Below, piece by piece: positions 24,161-33,516 of a DNA stretch of 36,982 nucleotides (within the stretch, counting starts at the first letter, position 1; each line of letters begins with the position of its first letter). The notes below the pieces were generated by a model, which was not told the DNA's origin, did not search any database, and saw only the letters and a program-made list of their open reading frames with translations. The translations under genes were made by a program, and so were the position numbers. Location: contig CAYIYN010000002.1 of NCBI GenBank assembly GCA_964367645.1, forward strand, positions 1 to 36,982, written 5' to 3'. The DNA is from an uncultured Bacteroidaceae bacterium. Lineage in GTDB: Bacteria > Bacillota > Clostridia > Christensenellales > CAG-917.

Positions 24161-24929
24161 CAATCTCAGCGTTAATATAGGCGAAAAGAATATATTAAAC
24201 CGTGTTTGTGCTATTTTAGACAGCGGTTCGATAACCTGTATTTTAGGCCCTAACGGAAGCGGAAAAACCACACTTTTGCGTGCTGTGGACGGGATTATCA
24301 AGTGCGAAGGAACGGTCTTATATAACGGCGAAGACGTGCTTGCTTTGCCCGTTAAAGAGCGTGCAAAGTTAATTGCGTTTCTGCCGCAAAATCGCCCTGT
24401 ACTCCAAATTGAAGGGGGGTTGCTCATTGAACACGGAAGATTTCCGCATATGAGTTTTATGAAGAAACTGGGCGAGAAAGACCATCTTGCCATCGAGAAT
24501 GCAATAAAACTTACGGAAACTGAACACCTTGTGGCCAAACCTCTTGGCAAAATGTCGGGAGGCGAACAACAGCGTATCTATATTGCATGCGCGCTTGCCC
24601 AAGAAACGGACGTTCTCCTTTTGGACGAGCCTACCACGCACCTTGACCTTCAAAGCCAAATTGAAATTTTGGAACTGATGAAAAAACTTAAAGCCGCAGG
24701 GAAAACCGTTGTTGCTGTTTTGCATGATCTTGCACAAGCTTTTTCTGTCGCCGATAAAATTTTGCTTTTGCAAAGCGGTTCGGCTGTCGACTGCGGCGCT
24801 CCCGACGAGCTTATCGAGAGGGGAAAAATCAAAGAGGCTTTTGGATACAATCTTATAAAAGACGATTCGCCAAACGCCCTCTACCCATTCAAATTGCTAA
24901 ATTTAAGCGAAGAAAATCAAACTGATTAA
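24147..24929 (+). CDS. ABC transporter ATP-binding protein
   Basis: Walker A GPNGSGKTT, signature MSGGEQQR, Walker B LLLDEPTTHLD. The start is moved to TTG 24147, 7 nt after AGGAGG, overlapping the permease stop by 14 nt. The Ser-rich extension in the ORF track is rejected. Confidence 0.8.
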   Translation: MLQIDNLSVNIGEKNILNRVCAILDSGSITCILGPNGSGKTTLLRAVDGIIKCEGTVLYNGEDVLALPVKERAKLIAFLPQNRPVLQIEGGLLIEHGRFPHMSFMKKLGEKDHLAIENAIKLTETEHLVAKPLGKMSGGEQQRIYIACALAQETDVLLLDEPTTHLDLQSQIEILELMKKLKAAGKTVVAVLHDLAQAFSVADKILLLQSGSAVDCGAPDELIERGKIKEAFGYNLIKDDSPNALYPFKLLNLSEENQTD

Positions 24930-25069
24930 GATATTTAAAAAATACGACGATTTTTGCTTTATTCGTGTGTTTTTTTGATTTTTGCCATTCATTTTGTCGC
25001 ACTTTTAAACATTTGGCAGAATGCGCTTTCTCAATATTTATGATTTCGATAATTAAGCAACAAAATTGT

Positions 25070-25936
25070 TCATTCACCGCGTTCTTTCTTTCGCTTCTCC
25101 ATTAACTCCAGGAAAAAATCCACTGTTTTTGGGTCGCGGTGGTCATAAAACATACTCTTTCCCGTGTCCAATGTGGCAATTTTTTGCATATCTTCTTCCG
25201 TTAGCGAAAAATCCAAAACGTCAAAATTTTCCTTCATCCTATCTTTGTTCGTTGTTTTTGAGATTGCGACTATGTCACGCTCCAAAAGCCATCTCAATAT
25301 CACTTGAGGAATCTTTTTGCCGTACTTCTCTCCTATTTCTTTCAGTACGGGATTTGAAAACATTCCGTTCTTTCCTTCACCAAACGGCGCCCAGGCTTCT
25401 GCCACAATATTATGACGGCGCATATTTTCCACAGCGTCTGCTTGCTGGAAAAACGGATTGATTTCAATTTGATTTACCATTGGCGGTATTTCATTGAACG
25501 CGCATATATCGCTCAGCCTGTCCGGATAAAAATTGCTGACGCCTATTGCGCGAATTTTGCCGTCTTTATGCCACTTTTCAAGCGCGCGGTATGCACCGTA
25601 ATAATCATTGAACGGATGATGAATAAGCACCAAATCCAAATAATCGGTTTGCAGTGCGTCAAATGATTTTTCGAGGCTTATGTTTGCCTTTTCATAACCA
25701 AAGCAGTCAATCCATACTTTGGTGGTAAGAAAAAATTCCTTTCTGTTTATGCCGCTGTTTTTTATCGCTGCGCCGACTTCGCTTTCGTTTGCGTAAGCCG
25801 TGGCGGTGTCTATGTGACGGTATCCGACATCAATCGCATCACTTAAACAGCTATATGTCATGTCTTTTGGGATTTGATAAACTCCGTATCCCAAAGCAGG
25901 AATTTTCACTCCGTTGTACAAAACATCGTATTTCAT
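25070..25936 (-). CDS. aldo/keto reductase
   Basis: 288 aa. AKR catalytic tetrad context GYRHIDTATAYANE (Asp, Tyr), LTTKVW (Lys), LVLIHHP (His). Confidence 0.8.
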   Translation of the reverse strand: MKYDVLYNGVKIPALGYGVYQIPKDMTYSCLSDAIDVGYRHIDTATAYANESEVGAAIKNSGINRKEFFLTTKVWIDCFGYEKANISLEKSFDALQTDYLDLVLIHHPFNDYYGAYRALEKWHKDGKIRAIGVSNFYPDRLSDICAFNEIPPMVNQIEINPFFQQADAVENMRRHNIVAEAWAPFGEGKNGMFSNPVLKEIGEKYGKKIPQVILRWLLERDIVAISKTTNKDRMKENFDVLDFSLTEEDMQKIATLDTGKSMFYDHRDPKTVDFFLELMEKRKKERGE

Positions 25937-26080
25937 TATATCCTCACCAAAATTTTATCTTCTGCCATAATTGTGGCATTTTTTTATTGTTTTTCAACTT
26001 TTGTCCATCAATTTTATTTGCAAGTTCAATTTTAACGCCGCGCAAATTAACGGACAGTGCTTGCGTTTGAGCAAGGCGTT

Positions 26081-27151
26081 TTACTGCTTACTTGGCAAAC
26101 ACTCAATTAGCGTTGCATTCGTCTTTGAAGTCACGCTGAATTTGCCCTCGGCGCAGTATGGCAGATAAAAATAGTCGCCGCGCTTTATTGCTTTCAGATA
26201 GTTTTTGCCGACAATTTCCGCCTCTCCGTCGATAAGGATAAAGACAGACGGCGCGTAGTCCATAACAAAAGAACCGCCGCCGTTTAGTGTGTGTCTAACT
26301 TCGGAAAAACAAGGTGTGTCGTCGTAACTGACGAGAATTTCTTTTTTGTAGCCGTATTCGTCTATTACGGTCTTGGGGTTAAGCGACGCATATTTTTTTG
26401 CCGCCTCGCCGTAAATATCGAAATTTATGGCGTTTAAAGCAGTGCCCTTGTCAAGTCCGATGTACTCTTCGCGGTTGCTTATATGGTAGTCGCCGCACCA
26501 TCTTTCGGGCTGAATTGTAAAGTCCGTCGGCTCCTGCACTTCGATTATCGTACAGCCTGCGCCGATTGCGTGAATAAGTCCTGCGCGTATCAGCCACAGA
26601 TCGCCCACTTTGACGTCAACTCCTGCCAAAAGCGTCCCCATGATGTCCTTTTCGGTTTCACTGCGCTCCTCAAAAGCCGACAGCTCTTCCTTTGTTATTT
26701 TGTCTTTAAATCCGAAATAAAGTTTTGCATTTGGGCGGGTTGCGATAACAAGCCATGCTTCGGTTTTGCCGTATTCGGAATTGAAATGCTTCTTTGAAAA
26801 TTCTTTGGTGGGATGCACCTGAAAAGGCAACCTAACCGCGCTGTCCAAAAACTTTACAAGGCAATCGTATTTTCTATCGCCCAACAATTCTTCTTTGTGG
26901 TCTTCTAAAAGATCGTCGAAAAATATGGTTGTGTCTTTAACAACGGACACACCGTCGCGCTCGCCAAAATATTTTGGATTGATTGCCCTAACTTTGCTTG
27001 CGACCCACTCTTCGGGGAAAAGATTATCCGTGCCGTCGTCATAATCACCGGCAAAAATTTCTCTAAACGGCTTTCCTCCGTGATAAATCCTAAAAACTCT
27101 GTTACGTTCAAAAAAAACAGGTTCTTTTACAAGTTGTTTAATATCTTTCAT
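26081..27151 (-). CDS. manA: class I mannose-6-phosphate isomerase (cupin)
   Basis: 356 aa. Zinc and active-site motifs align with B. subtilis ManA: LPFQVHPTKEF, GKTEAWLVI, VGDLWLIRAGLIHAIGAG. Confidence 0.75.
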   Translation of the reverse strand: MKDIKQLVKEPVFFERNRVFRIYHGGKPFREIFAGDYDDGTDNLFPEEWVASKVRAINPKYFGERDGVSVVKDTTIFFDDLLEDHKEELLGDRKYDCLVKFLDSAVRLPFQVHPTKEFSKKHFNSEYGKTEAWLVIATRPNAKLYFGFKDKITKEELSAFEERSETEKDIMGTLLAGVDVKVGDLWLIRAGLIHAIGAGCTIIEVQEPTDFTIQPERWCGDYHISNREEYIGLDKGTALNAINFDIYGEAAKKYASLNPKTVIDEYGYKKEILVSYDDTPCFSEVRHTLNGGGSFVMDYAPSVFILIDGEAEIVGKNYLKAIKRGDYFYLPYCAEGKFSVTSKTNATLIECLPSKQ

Positions 27152-27180
27152 AATTATCCTTGGACGAATTACCGCCGTTT

Positions 27181-27600
27181 TTACAAGTTTTTGTTTTTAT
27201 TTTCACCGTCGTCTTTGCCCGATTCAAATTTGCCCTCGGCGATTTGCTTTTCTATGCCCTTTGCCTTATAAAGCATTAGTTTCAATTTTTTTATGGTGCG
27301 CGCGTTCATTATCAAAACCGAAGTTACAATAAATGCTCCCACCAAAATGAGTGGAATGCCCGCGGCAATAATATTCGCCAAAGCAAGTGCCAATATACCT
27401 GCAATCAGCACAATAGCACCTTCAAGAATCACAATAGCAGCAATTAACTGCTGTTTTTTGATTTGTGCGGCAACTTTTGCTTCGGTTTGTTTTGCAGAAA
27501 ACAATAACGCCGCGTTCATATCAAACCCGCCGTCGGGGGCTGCGGATTTGCTGTCTGACATTTTGTTTTGCTCTGATATTGAAATCTTTTCTTCTTCCAT
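27181..27600 (-). CDS. small membrane protein (2 TM), unknown function
   Basis: 139-aa ORF. Acidic or polar N-terminus, two long hydrophobic helices, Lys-rich C-tail. It lies 29 nt upstream of manA on the same strand. Confidence 0.5.
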   Translation of the reverse strand: MEEEKISISEQNKMSDSKSAAPDGGFDMNAALLFSAKQTEAKVAAQIKKQQLIAAIVILEGAIVLIAGILALALANIIAAGIPLILVGAFIVTSVLIMNARTIKKLKLMLYKAKGIEKQIAEGKFESGKDDGENKNKNL

Positions 27601-27681
27601 TTTGCACCCTCAACAATGTTATCATTAAGGAAAGACTATGTCAATCTTGACAAGAGAGCAATAGGGTGAAATAATTGTATT

Positions 27682-28161
27682 ATGAAAAAGTTTTTAAGGC
27701 TAACTTCGTTGGTTTTGATGCTTGGGCTGCTGTGCGGTGTGCTTTATGCGTGCGTAGGCACAGGGGACGTTTATGCCGTTCCGATTGATGCTGAAATAGC
27801 CCGAATTCAAATGTACCGTCCCGACAAAAATTTAGACGTCATTTTGGAGGGAGAGGATTTTGTTTCTGTTGTTGACGAATTGAAAAGCGTGCCTAAACTG
27901 GCATATGAGCAAGATTTTTCACTGGATTTTTATAATTATTGTTTTACCATAACGTTGACTGACGGCAAAAAACACCATGAGGCGACTTACCGCGTTTATA
28001 TTTGCATTTATTCGGCATCCGCCTTGTATACCGACAAAGACGAATTTGTGACGTCGGCAAAATTTGTCATTTCGCGCGATAATTACACGGGAACCGTCGA
28101 CGCGGACTTTATGAACTTGCTTGAAACAATTTGCCAAAAATATGCAGGAGAGCAGATATGA
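27682..28161 (+). CDS. lipoprotein, unknown function
   Basis: 159 aa. Signal peptide with lipobox (LLCGVLYAC). Its stop overlaps the next start (ATGA at 28158-28161). Confidence 0.6.
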   Translation: MKKFLRLTSLVLMLGLLCGVLYACVGTGDVYAVPIDAEIARIQMYRPDKNLDVILEGEDFVSVVDELKSVPKLAYEQDFSLDFYNYCFTITLTDGKKHHEATYRVYICIYSASALYTDKDEFVTSAKFVISRDNYTGTVDADFMNLLETICQKYAGEQI

Positions 28162-29141
28162 CTGAATTTAGATGGCTGGTTATCGGCACGGGAAGAATTG
28201 CCACTACAGTCATGAGAGAGATAACAAAAACTGGCAGACACAGCGTTTCTGCGGTTTTTTCACGCACAAAGAACAAGGCTCAAAAGTTTGCCGACCGTTT
28301 CGGCGCGGAGGTCGAAATCAATATTGATTCCGCCCTAAAAAGAAAAGATATTGACGGCGTTTATATCGCCACTCCTCATTCTGTTCACTACCAGTATCTG
28401 ATCAAATGCATTGACGCGGGTGTTCCCGTCCTTTGCGAAAAAGCCTTCACGGTTAATCGCGAACAGGCAAAAGCCGTTTTAGACAGAGCGGAAGAAAAAG
28501 ACGTTTACGTATTGGAGGGCATGTGGACGAGGTTTAATCCCGTAATCCGCCAAATTTGCGATTGGGTTAAAAGCGGAAAAATCGGCGATATTAAATTTAT
28601 TAGTGCGAATTTCTGCCTGCCTGTAAAAATTGCAAAACCTTTTATGTCCGATCGCGTGTGGAAACCTGAGTATGCTGGCGGAGCACTGCTTGACCTGGGT
28701 GTATACCCCATCGCTTATGCGCATATGCTGCTTGGCAATCCTTCATTTCTAACATGCACGGCAAGACTTGAAGACGGTGTGGATTATGACGATAGTATAG
28801 TCTTAAAATACGAAAATCCCGAAGCTACTTGTCGCCTTAACTGCTCTTTTGACGGACTAAAAACCTATCGTTCAAAAATCGTTGGCACGAAAGGATATAT
28901 CAAATCCAATATGTTCTATAAGCCCACCCGCGCAACGCTGTTTGCAGACGGAAATCGCGAAACGGTGCGTTGCAAACGCGGTTATATATATGAATTTGAC
29001 GCCTTTGCTTCAGACGTGCGCGAAGGCAAAAAGCAAAATGAATTTATGCCGCATTCCGCCACGTTAGACGTTATGGCTATGCTGGATTTATGCCGTGCCC
29101 AAAACCACTTTGAATACCCCGAAAATATAGAAAAGATATAA
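28158..29141 (+). CDS. Gfo/Idh/MocA-family NAD(P)-dependent oxidoreductase
   Basis: Start set at ATG 28158 (MTEFRWLVIGTGRIA Rossmann motif) after AGGAGAG. It carries the EKAF variant of the EKP motif (VLCEKAFTVN). Confidence 0.8.
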   Translation: MTEFRWLVIGTGRIATTVMREITKTGRHSVSAVFSRTKNKAQKFADRFGAEVEINIDSALKRKDIDGVYIATPHSVHYQYLIKCIDAGVPVLCEKAFTVNREQAKAVLDRAEEKDVYVLEGMWTRFNPVIRQICDWVKSGKIGDIKFISANFCLPVKIAKPFMSDRVWKPEYAGGALLDLGVYPIAYAHMLLGNPSFLTCTARLEDGVDYDDSIVLKYENPEATCRLNCSFDGLKTYRSKIVGTKGYIKSNMFYKPTRATLFADGNRETVRCKRGYIYEFDAFASDVREGKKQNEFMPHSATLDVMAMLDLCRAQNHFEYPENIEKI

Positions 29142-29167
29142 AATATGAACTTCAACAGTCTAATGGC

Positions 29168-29212
29168 GAGAGAGCCAAAATACTCTTGCTCCAAAATGCT
29201 CTCTCTTTTGAT
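29168..29212 (+). terminator. intrinsic terminator of the oxidoreductase gene
   Basis: GAGAGAGC (29168-29175) / GCTCTCTC (29198-29205) followed by TTTTGATTTT. The loop is long, at 22 nt. Confidence 0.5.
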
Positions 29213-29284
29213 TTTCAACTATTACTGATTTTCCATTGCACAAAAACATATTCGGTAAACAACTTCATAAATTATTAACCAGCA

Positions 29285-29314
29285 GAAAACGCGAACTCTG
29301 CAATTCGCGTTTTC
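29285..29314. terminator. symmetric 11-bp hairpin (possible bidirectional terminator)
   Basis: GAAAACGCGAA (29285-29295) / TTCGCGTTTTC (29304-29314) with loop CTCTGCAA. It sits between the convergent genes, on the far side of the 17-bp array from the minus-strand gene. Confidence 0.5.
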
Positions 29315-29337
29315 CGCTAAATAAAATAAATATAAAT

Positions 29338-29471
29338 TTTGAGGGATTGTAAAGTTTGGAGGATTGCAAAATTTGGAGGATTGCAAAATTTGGAGGATTG
29401 CAAAATTTGGAGGATTGAAAGTTTTAGGGATTGTAAATTTTGAGGGCTTGAAAGTGTTGGGGGTTGCAAAG
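29338..29471. repeat. tandem array of eight 16-17-bp units (consensus TTTGGAGGATTGCAAAA)
   Basis: Units start at 29338, 29355, 29372, 29389, 29406, 29423, 29439 and 29456. The three central units (29355-29405) are identical and the flanking units are progressively degenerate. An AT-rich tract (29315-29340) lies immediately 5'. Confidence 0.95.
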
Positions 29472-29500
29472 GGGGCTTTTTGCCTAAAAGCACCCTTTGC
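29466..29500. other. strong hairpin (8 bp + mismatch + 6 bp) whose left arm is the last repeat unit
   Basis: GCAAAGGG-G-GCTTTT / loop TGCCT / AAAAGC-A-CCCTTTGC. It lies 33 nt downstream of the stop of the minus-strand 29533 gene. There is no U-tract on either side. Confidence 0.6.
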
Positions 29501-29532
29501 TCTTCAATAAAAATTCTTTGTTTAATAACTTG

Positions 29533-31338
29533 TCACACGAGTACGTAGATGACAAAGGCGGCAGAGCAAAAGAGGGCGGCAAGCAGTCCGGTGCGTTCCA
29601 AAGATGAGCGTTGCTTTTTTGTCATAGGCGGAATATCCGCTGCCATTTCTTCGTACTCGACGTAGGCTTTCATATATTGTTCTCTGGCAAGAACCGCGTA
29701 GGGGTAACGACGGATAAGTGCGGCTATCACAAACGCAATCATTGTAAAGAGCGCGGGGATAAGATTTGAAGTGCCTGAGTAAAGCACAACGTATCCCACA
29801 ACATCGAGAGTTATAGTGATTGCATAAACGATAAACGATAATGACGATGATTTCTTCAAAAACTTTGCAAGGTTAAGTTCCTTGATTTCATTTTCCAAAA
29901 GTACGTTTTCATTTCCTTTGGGCTTAATTTCGTCCAAGAAAATGCCGGCGGTCTTTCCTGCATAGCGCGCATAGACGACGATTAGAAGGACGGTTGCGGC
30001 AAGCGTTGCGTACTGAATATAGGAATAAATAAGATAATTTGCCGTTGCGGAAACGACGTTTATAGAGCCGCTCCAAACAAACGAGAACGCCACCCCAAAC
30101 GCGCCCATCGACAAAGCGGACAACTTTGGAAGAATATTTGACGTGCCGTTTGTCACGCTGTGGATTACGTTATAAGCTATGTTTGAGCCCAATGATATAA
30201 CTGTATTAAAAATCAACGACCAAACAAAGAACATACTTATGCCGAGCAGTATATATGCCTTGCGGCGGGTGCTTTTGGGGGAGAGAAGAACTTTTTTCTC
30301 GTCACGGTATTTGGGCATTTTGTCGCTGTTTGCGGCGACAGAATAAATCTGCAACGGAACAGCGATAAACGTTCCGCTGTAAAGCATCTTTATACTGTCG
30401 TAATTTGGAATCATCTTTGACACTATTATGCAAAACAAACAGAAAATAAGGATTGTCAGTCCTGCGTTTATTAAAGAAAACATAAAGGATTTTTTTAATA
30501 TTTTTTCGTTGTATTCGCCGTAAGAGCGAAACGCAAAGACCAGATACGCCGCCGAACTTAATACCATAGCCGCCAAAAGAACGCCTGCGATAAATCTTAA
30601 CAAAAAGATGTCCGTCAAAAATGTGTTAACAGAAAATAGCTCGCCAATGAGTTTTGCACCGTATACAGTCGAATAATTATCGCCGTTTATCTGCAAAAAC
30701 GGGGTGTAAAGCAACACTATCAGAGAGATAAACGTGCATATTGCATAAAAAGGAACGTACGCAAGGCGATAGTTAAGCGGGGTTTTTACATTCTTTTTGC
30801 TCTTTGCCACTTCACTCGGCTTTGTGATTTTTATGTCTTCAAGCAGTTCGCTTTCGCACTCAATATCCGCCCATTTTATCCACTTTAAATCTTCGTCTTT
30901 TGCCGCGGGGACGGCGTTTTGCGGCTCTTTGGAATTTTGATATGCAACCGCCTCAAATGTAATTTGCGCTTCGGCTCTGTGTTCGCTATCGCCATGCGCA
31001 TTGCCAAACACGAAACTGCTGTCGCCGATTTGTTCTTCGTGCTTTTTTGCGACGTTATCACGAGAGGTTTTAGTTTTTTCTAACGCATTGTATAGATTGG
31101 TTTTTAAATCTTGTTTTGGTTCGGGCACAGAATTATCCAATTCGGCCGTAATAATCTCATCGCCCGAATATAGTTGTTCTCTGGGCATGCCGGCATCGGT
31201 TTCAGACGAGTTTTGTTTGTCGTCGATATTATGTATTTTGATTTTTATGGCAGAACGGCAAACCTCGCAAATCAGCGATTTTTCGCTTTCGTTAAATCGA
31301 ATGACGTTTCCGCAAATAGGGCAAAGAACTTTTCTCAT
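29533..31338 (-). CDS. zinc-ribbon-headed polytopic membrane protein (about 10 TM), unknown function
   Basis: Start set at ATG 31338 (MRKVLCPICGN...CEVCRS, a C-x2-C...C-x2-C zinc ribbon). Next comes an acidic linker of about 170 aa, then many TM helices. The TTG at 31374 used by the ORF track lies inside the -35 box of a consensus promoter. Confidence 0.75.
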   Translation of the reverse strand: MRKVLCPICGNVIRFNESEKSLICEVCRSAIKIKIHNIDDKQNSSETDAGMPREQLYSGDEIITAELDNSVPEPKQDLKTNLYNALEKTKTSRDNVAKKHEEQIGDSSFVFGNAHGDSEHRAEAQITFEAVAYQNSKEPQNAVPAAKDEDLKWIKWADIECESELLEDIKITKPSEVAKSKKNVKTPLNYRLAYVPFYAICTFISLIVLLYTPFLQINGDNYSTVYGAKLIGELFSVNTFLTDIFLLRFIAGVLLAAMVLSSAAYLVFAFRSYGEYNEKILKKSFMFSLINAGLTILIFCLFCIIVSKMIPNYDSIKMLYSGTFIAVPLQIYSVAANSDKMPKYRDEKKVLLSPKSTRRKAYILLGISMFFVWSLIFNTVISLGSNIAYNVIHSVTNGTSNILPKLSALSMGAFGVAFSFVWSGSINVVSATANYLIYSYIQYATLAATVLLIVVYARYAGKTAGIFLDEIKPKGNENVLLENEIKELNLAKFLKKSSSLSFIVYAITITLDVVGYVVLYSGTSNLIPALFTMIAFVIAALIRRYPYAVLAREQYMKAYVEYEEMAADIPPMTKKQRSSLERTGLLAALFCSAAFVIYVLV

Positions 31339-31345
31339 AACAGAA

Positions 31346-31374
31346 ATTATACCTTGACACTCCCAACTTGTCAA
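31346..31374 (-). promoter_or_regulatory. consensus sigma-A promoter abutting the start codon (leaderless transcript predicted)
   Basis: Minus strand: TTGACA (31369-31374), exactly 17 bp, TATAAT (31346-31351), then TTCTGTT, then ATG (31338). Confidence 0.65.
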
Positions 31375-31406
31375 AGAAAGAATTGCTCGAAAATTGGCAT
31401 TAAATT

Positions 31407-32432
31407 TTATATGGGGAGCGCGTCAAAATTGAATATTGCAGACACAATGTAGGCTACGGCGACTGACACTAAAAACATTGTCAAAAGTATTGTTAAATTT
31501 TCTTTTATTGCCTTGATATTTCTGAACAGCACCGTAAACGCAATTCCTGCATTCATACAAAGTCCGCCGACGGTCGCGCCGACTCCAAGCCCTCCTATAA
31601 GATAGAGGTTGCTCAGCACTACCGAAGATGCGCAGTTGGGTATCATTCCGATAATAACAGCGTATAATGGCGCTACGTATTTGCTCGCTTTCAAAAATTC
31701 TAAAATTTTATTTTCACCGACACTGTATATCACAATGCCAAAAATTATATTAATGACAAGAATATACGCGAAAATTTTCAATGAATGAACGAGCGGATGA
31801 ACAAGATATTGCTTTATCTTTGCCTTTTTTTCGGCGCGGTGCGCATCCTCTGTATCTTTGCACAAATCGCTTCCGCTCACTACATCACAACATTTTTCAT
31901 CATCAACAACATTGGCTATGCGTTCTTCGTCATTCCCATTGTGGTTATGGCAGTCATCTTCTTTTTTACTCTCAATTTCATGTCCGCAACACCCGATATG
32001 AATTTCGGGCTCATGTTCGCATTTGTTGGAATGTTCATCAACCGTGTGTGCGCTTTTTTTATATATTAAATCCGCTGAATAGCCCACAGCAAGCCCAATC
32101 AAAAACTTCATTGCAAGTATGGGAAGTATATGCAGTGCCTTTTCGGGATCGGCAAGAAATATCGGCAGAGCCTCGTCGGAGGTTGCCAGATAAATGCCAA
32201 GCAACGTGCCTATGCTTATATGCCTTTTTTGATACAAGTCCGTTGCCACTACGCTGAATCCGCACTGAGGCAACAAGCCCAAACTGACGCCCACAAGCGT
32301 GGCGTATTTGCCTTTAAGTTTGATTTTTCCGGCAAGTTTCGGCTCTAACGCGGAAAACAAAAAATTGACGACGACGAGCACCGCCAACACCTTAAGGCTG
32401 TCTATAAAAGCGTCCAAAAAAACTTCAGCCAT
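31407..32432 (-). CDS. putative 10-TM metal(loid) permease (ArsP_2/DUF2899-like) with His/Cys/Asp-rich central loop
   Basis: Start set at ATG 32432 (GAAAGGTG upstream). The two halves each carry a P-(Q/N)-C-(G/A)-(F/S)-S-V motif (LLPQCGFSVV, MIPNCASSVV). Loop: HSNKCEHEPEIHIGCCGHEIESKKEDDCHNHNGNDEE...KCCD. The family assignment is from memory. Confidence 0.6.
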   Translation of the reverse strand: MAEVFLDAFIDSLKVLAVLVVVNFLFSALEPKLAGKIKLKGKYATLVGVSLGLLPQCGFSVVATDLYQKRHISIGTLLGIYLATSDEALPIFLADPEKALHILPILAMKFLIGLAVGYSADLIYKKSAHTVDEHSNKCEHEPEIHIGCCGHEIESKKEDDCHNHNGNDEERIANVVDDEKCCDVVSGSDLCKDTEDAHRAEKKAKIKQYLVHPLVHSLKIFAYILVINIIFGIVIYSVGENKILEFLKASKYVAPLYAVIIGMIPNCASSVVLSNLYLIGGLGVGATVGGLCMNAGIAFTVLFRNIKAIKENLTILLTMFLVSVAVAYIVSAIFNFDALPI

Positions 32433-33516
32433 CACACCTTTCAATTCTGCCCGCATGAACTTTAAATATCGCCGCTGGGACAGTTGTTTTTTCAAATTCC
32501 GTGCATGTTAGGAGCGTTTGATACTTCGATGCAGCCCTAAGCAGCACCGCCCTGCGTTTTTCGTCAAGTTCGCTTAGCACATCGTCTAGCAGCAAAACCG
32601 GAGCATCGCCCACCTCTTCAAGGTACAACTCAACTTCGGCAAGTTTCATAGACAGAGCAATGGTTCTCTGCTGACCTTGCGAGGCAAATTTCCTGCTGTC
32701 GCGCCCATTTATCTCGATTTTTATATCGTCACGGTGAGGCCCAACCGTGCAAAATCCCAGTTCCTTGTCTTTTTCGCGGCTTCGCGCTATCGCGTTTTCC
32801 AAATTTTTTCTTATGTCGCCGTCTGTTTGGATATCGCTCTCGTACTGAAGTTTCAACTCCTCTTTTTCTTCACTTAGTTCAGAATGGACTTTTTCCGCGT
32901 TTTTTAATAAAGAATCGACAAATTCCATCCTCTTTTTAATTATGAGCGCTCCATGCTCGGCAAGGCCCACATCCCATACATCCAACATTTCGTCAAGATT
33001 CTTCGCGTTTCGACTTTCTTTTAAAAGGTTGTTTTTCTGCTTCAAAATCTTGTTATATCTTTGCAGTGCCAAAAAATAACTTCTTTGTTGCTGTGACAAT
33101 CCTACGTCTAAAAATCTTCTTCGCTCAATGGGCGATTCCTTCACAAGTTTTAATTCGTCCGGTGAAAAGAACACCACTCCCAAAACCCCAAGCAGTTCCC
33201 CGGCGCGCTGCACGGGAATACCGTCAATCAGCACTCTTTTTTTGCCCTGCGAATCAATCTGCATATCAATGGTGTGTTTTCTAAACCGCTTTTCAACAAC
33301 AACGCGAATGACCGCCTTATCTGCGCCCAATCGTATCAGTTCTTTATCTTTTGTTGTCCTAGGAGAGCGAAAAACCGAACATATAAAAACACTTTCAAGC
33401 AGATTTGTCTTTCCGCTTGCATTTTCGCCGTACAACACGTTCAATCCGCCGGCAAACTTCACTGTTTGCGATTCGTAATTGCGAAAATTATTGAGTTGTA
33501 CTTGCCTTATCTCCAT
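32425..33516 (-). CDS. recF: DNA replication and repair protein RecF
   Basis: Start set at MEIRQVQLNNFRNY (the typical RecF N-terminus). Walker A GENASGKTNLLE, signature ASQGQQRT, Walker B LLLDDVLSELD. The start could instead be ATG 33537 or 33549. Confidence 0.85.
   Translation of the reverse strand: MEIRQVQLNNFRNYESQTVKFAGGLNVLYGENASGKTNLLESVFICSVFRSPRTTKDKELIRLGADKAVIRVVVEKRFRKHTIDMQIDSQGKKRVLIDGIPVQRAGELLGVLGVVFFSPDELKLVKESPIERRRFLDVGLSQQQRSYFLALQRYNKILKQKNNLLKESRNAKNLDEMLDVWDVGLAEHGALIIKKRMEFVDSLLKNAEKVHSELSEEKEELKLQYESDIQTDGDIRKNLENAIARSREKDKELGFCTVGPHRDDIKIEINGRDSRKFASQGQQRTIALSMKLAEVELYLEEVGDAPVLLLDDVLSELDEKRRAVLLRAASKYQTLLTCTEFEKTTVPAAIFKVHAGRIERCDG

Noticed and set aside
22192-24929. 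The FecBCD/BtuCDF-type ABC importer as part of the sulfite-reductase system
   Set aside because: It is separated from asrC by an intrinsic terminator, and its motifs are ordinary for iron-chelate/cobalamin importers. Adjacency alone does not support a functional link, although iron or siroheme-precursor supply is conceivable.
29338-29471. The 17-bp tandem array as a CRISPR array
   Set aside because: The units are directly abutting with no unique spacers, the period is far too short, and no cas genes are present. It is a simple tandem (iteron- or VNTR-like) repeat.
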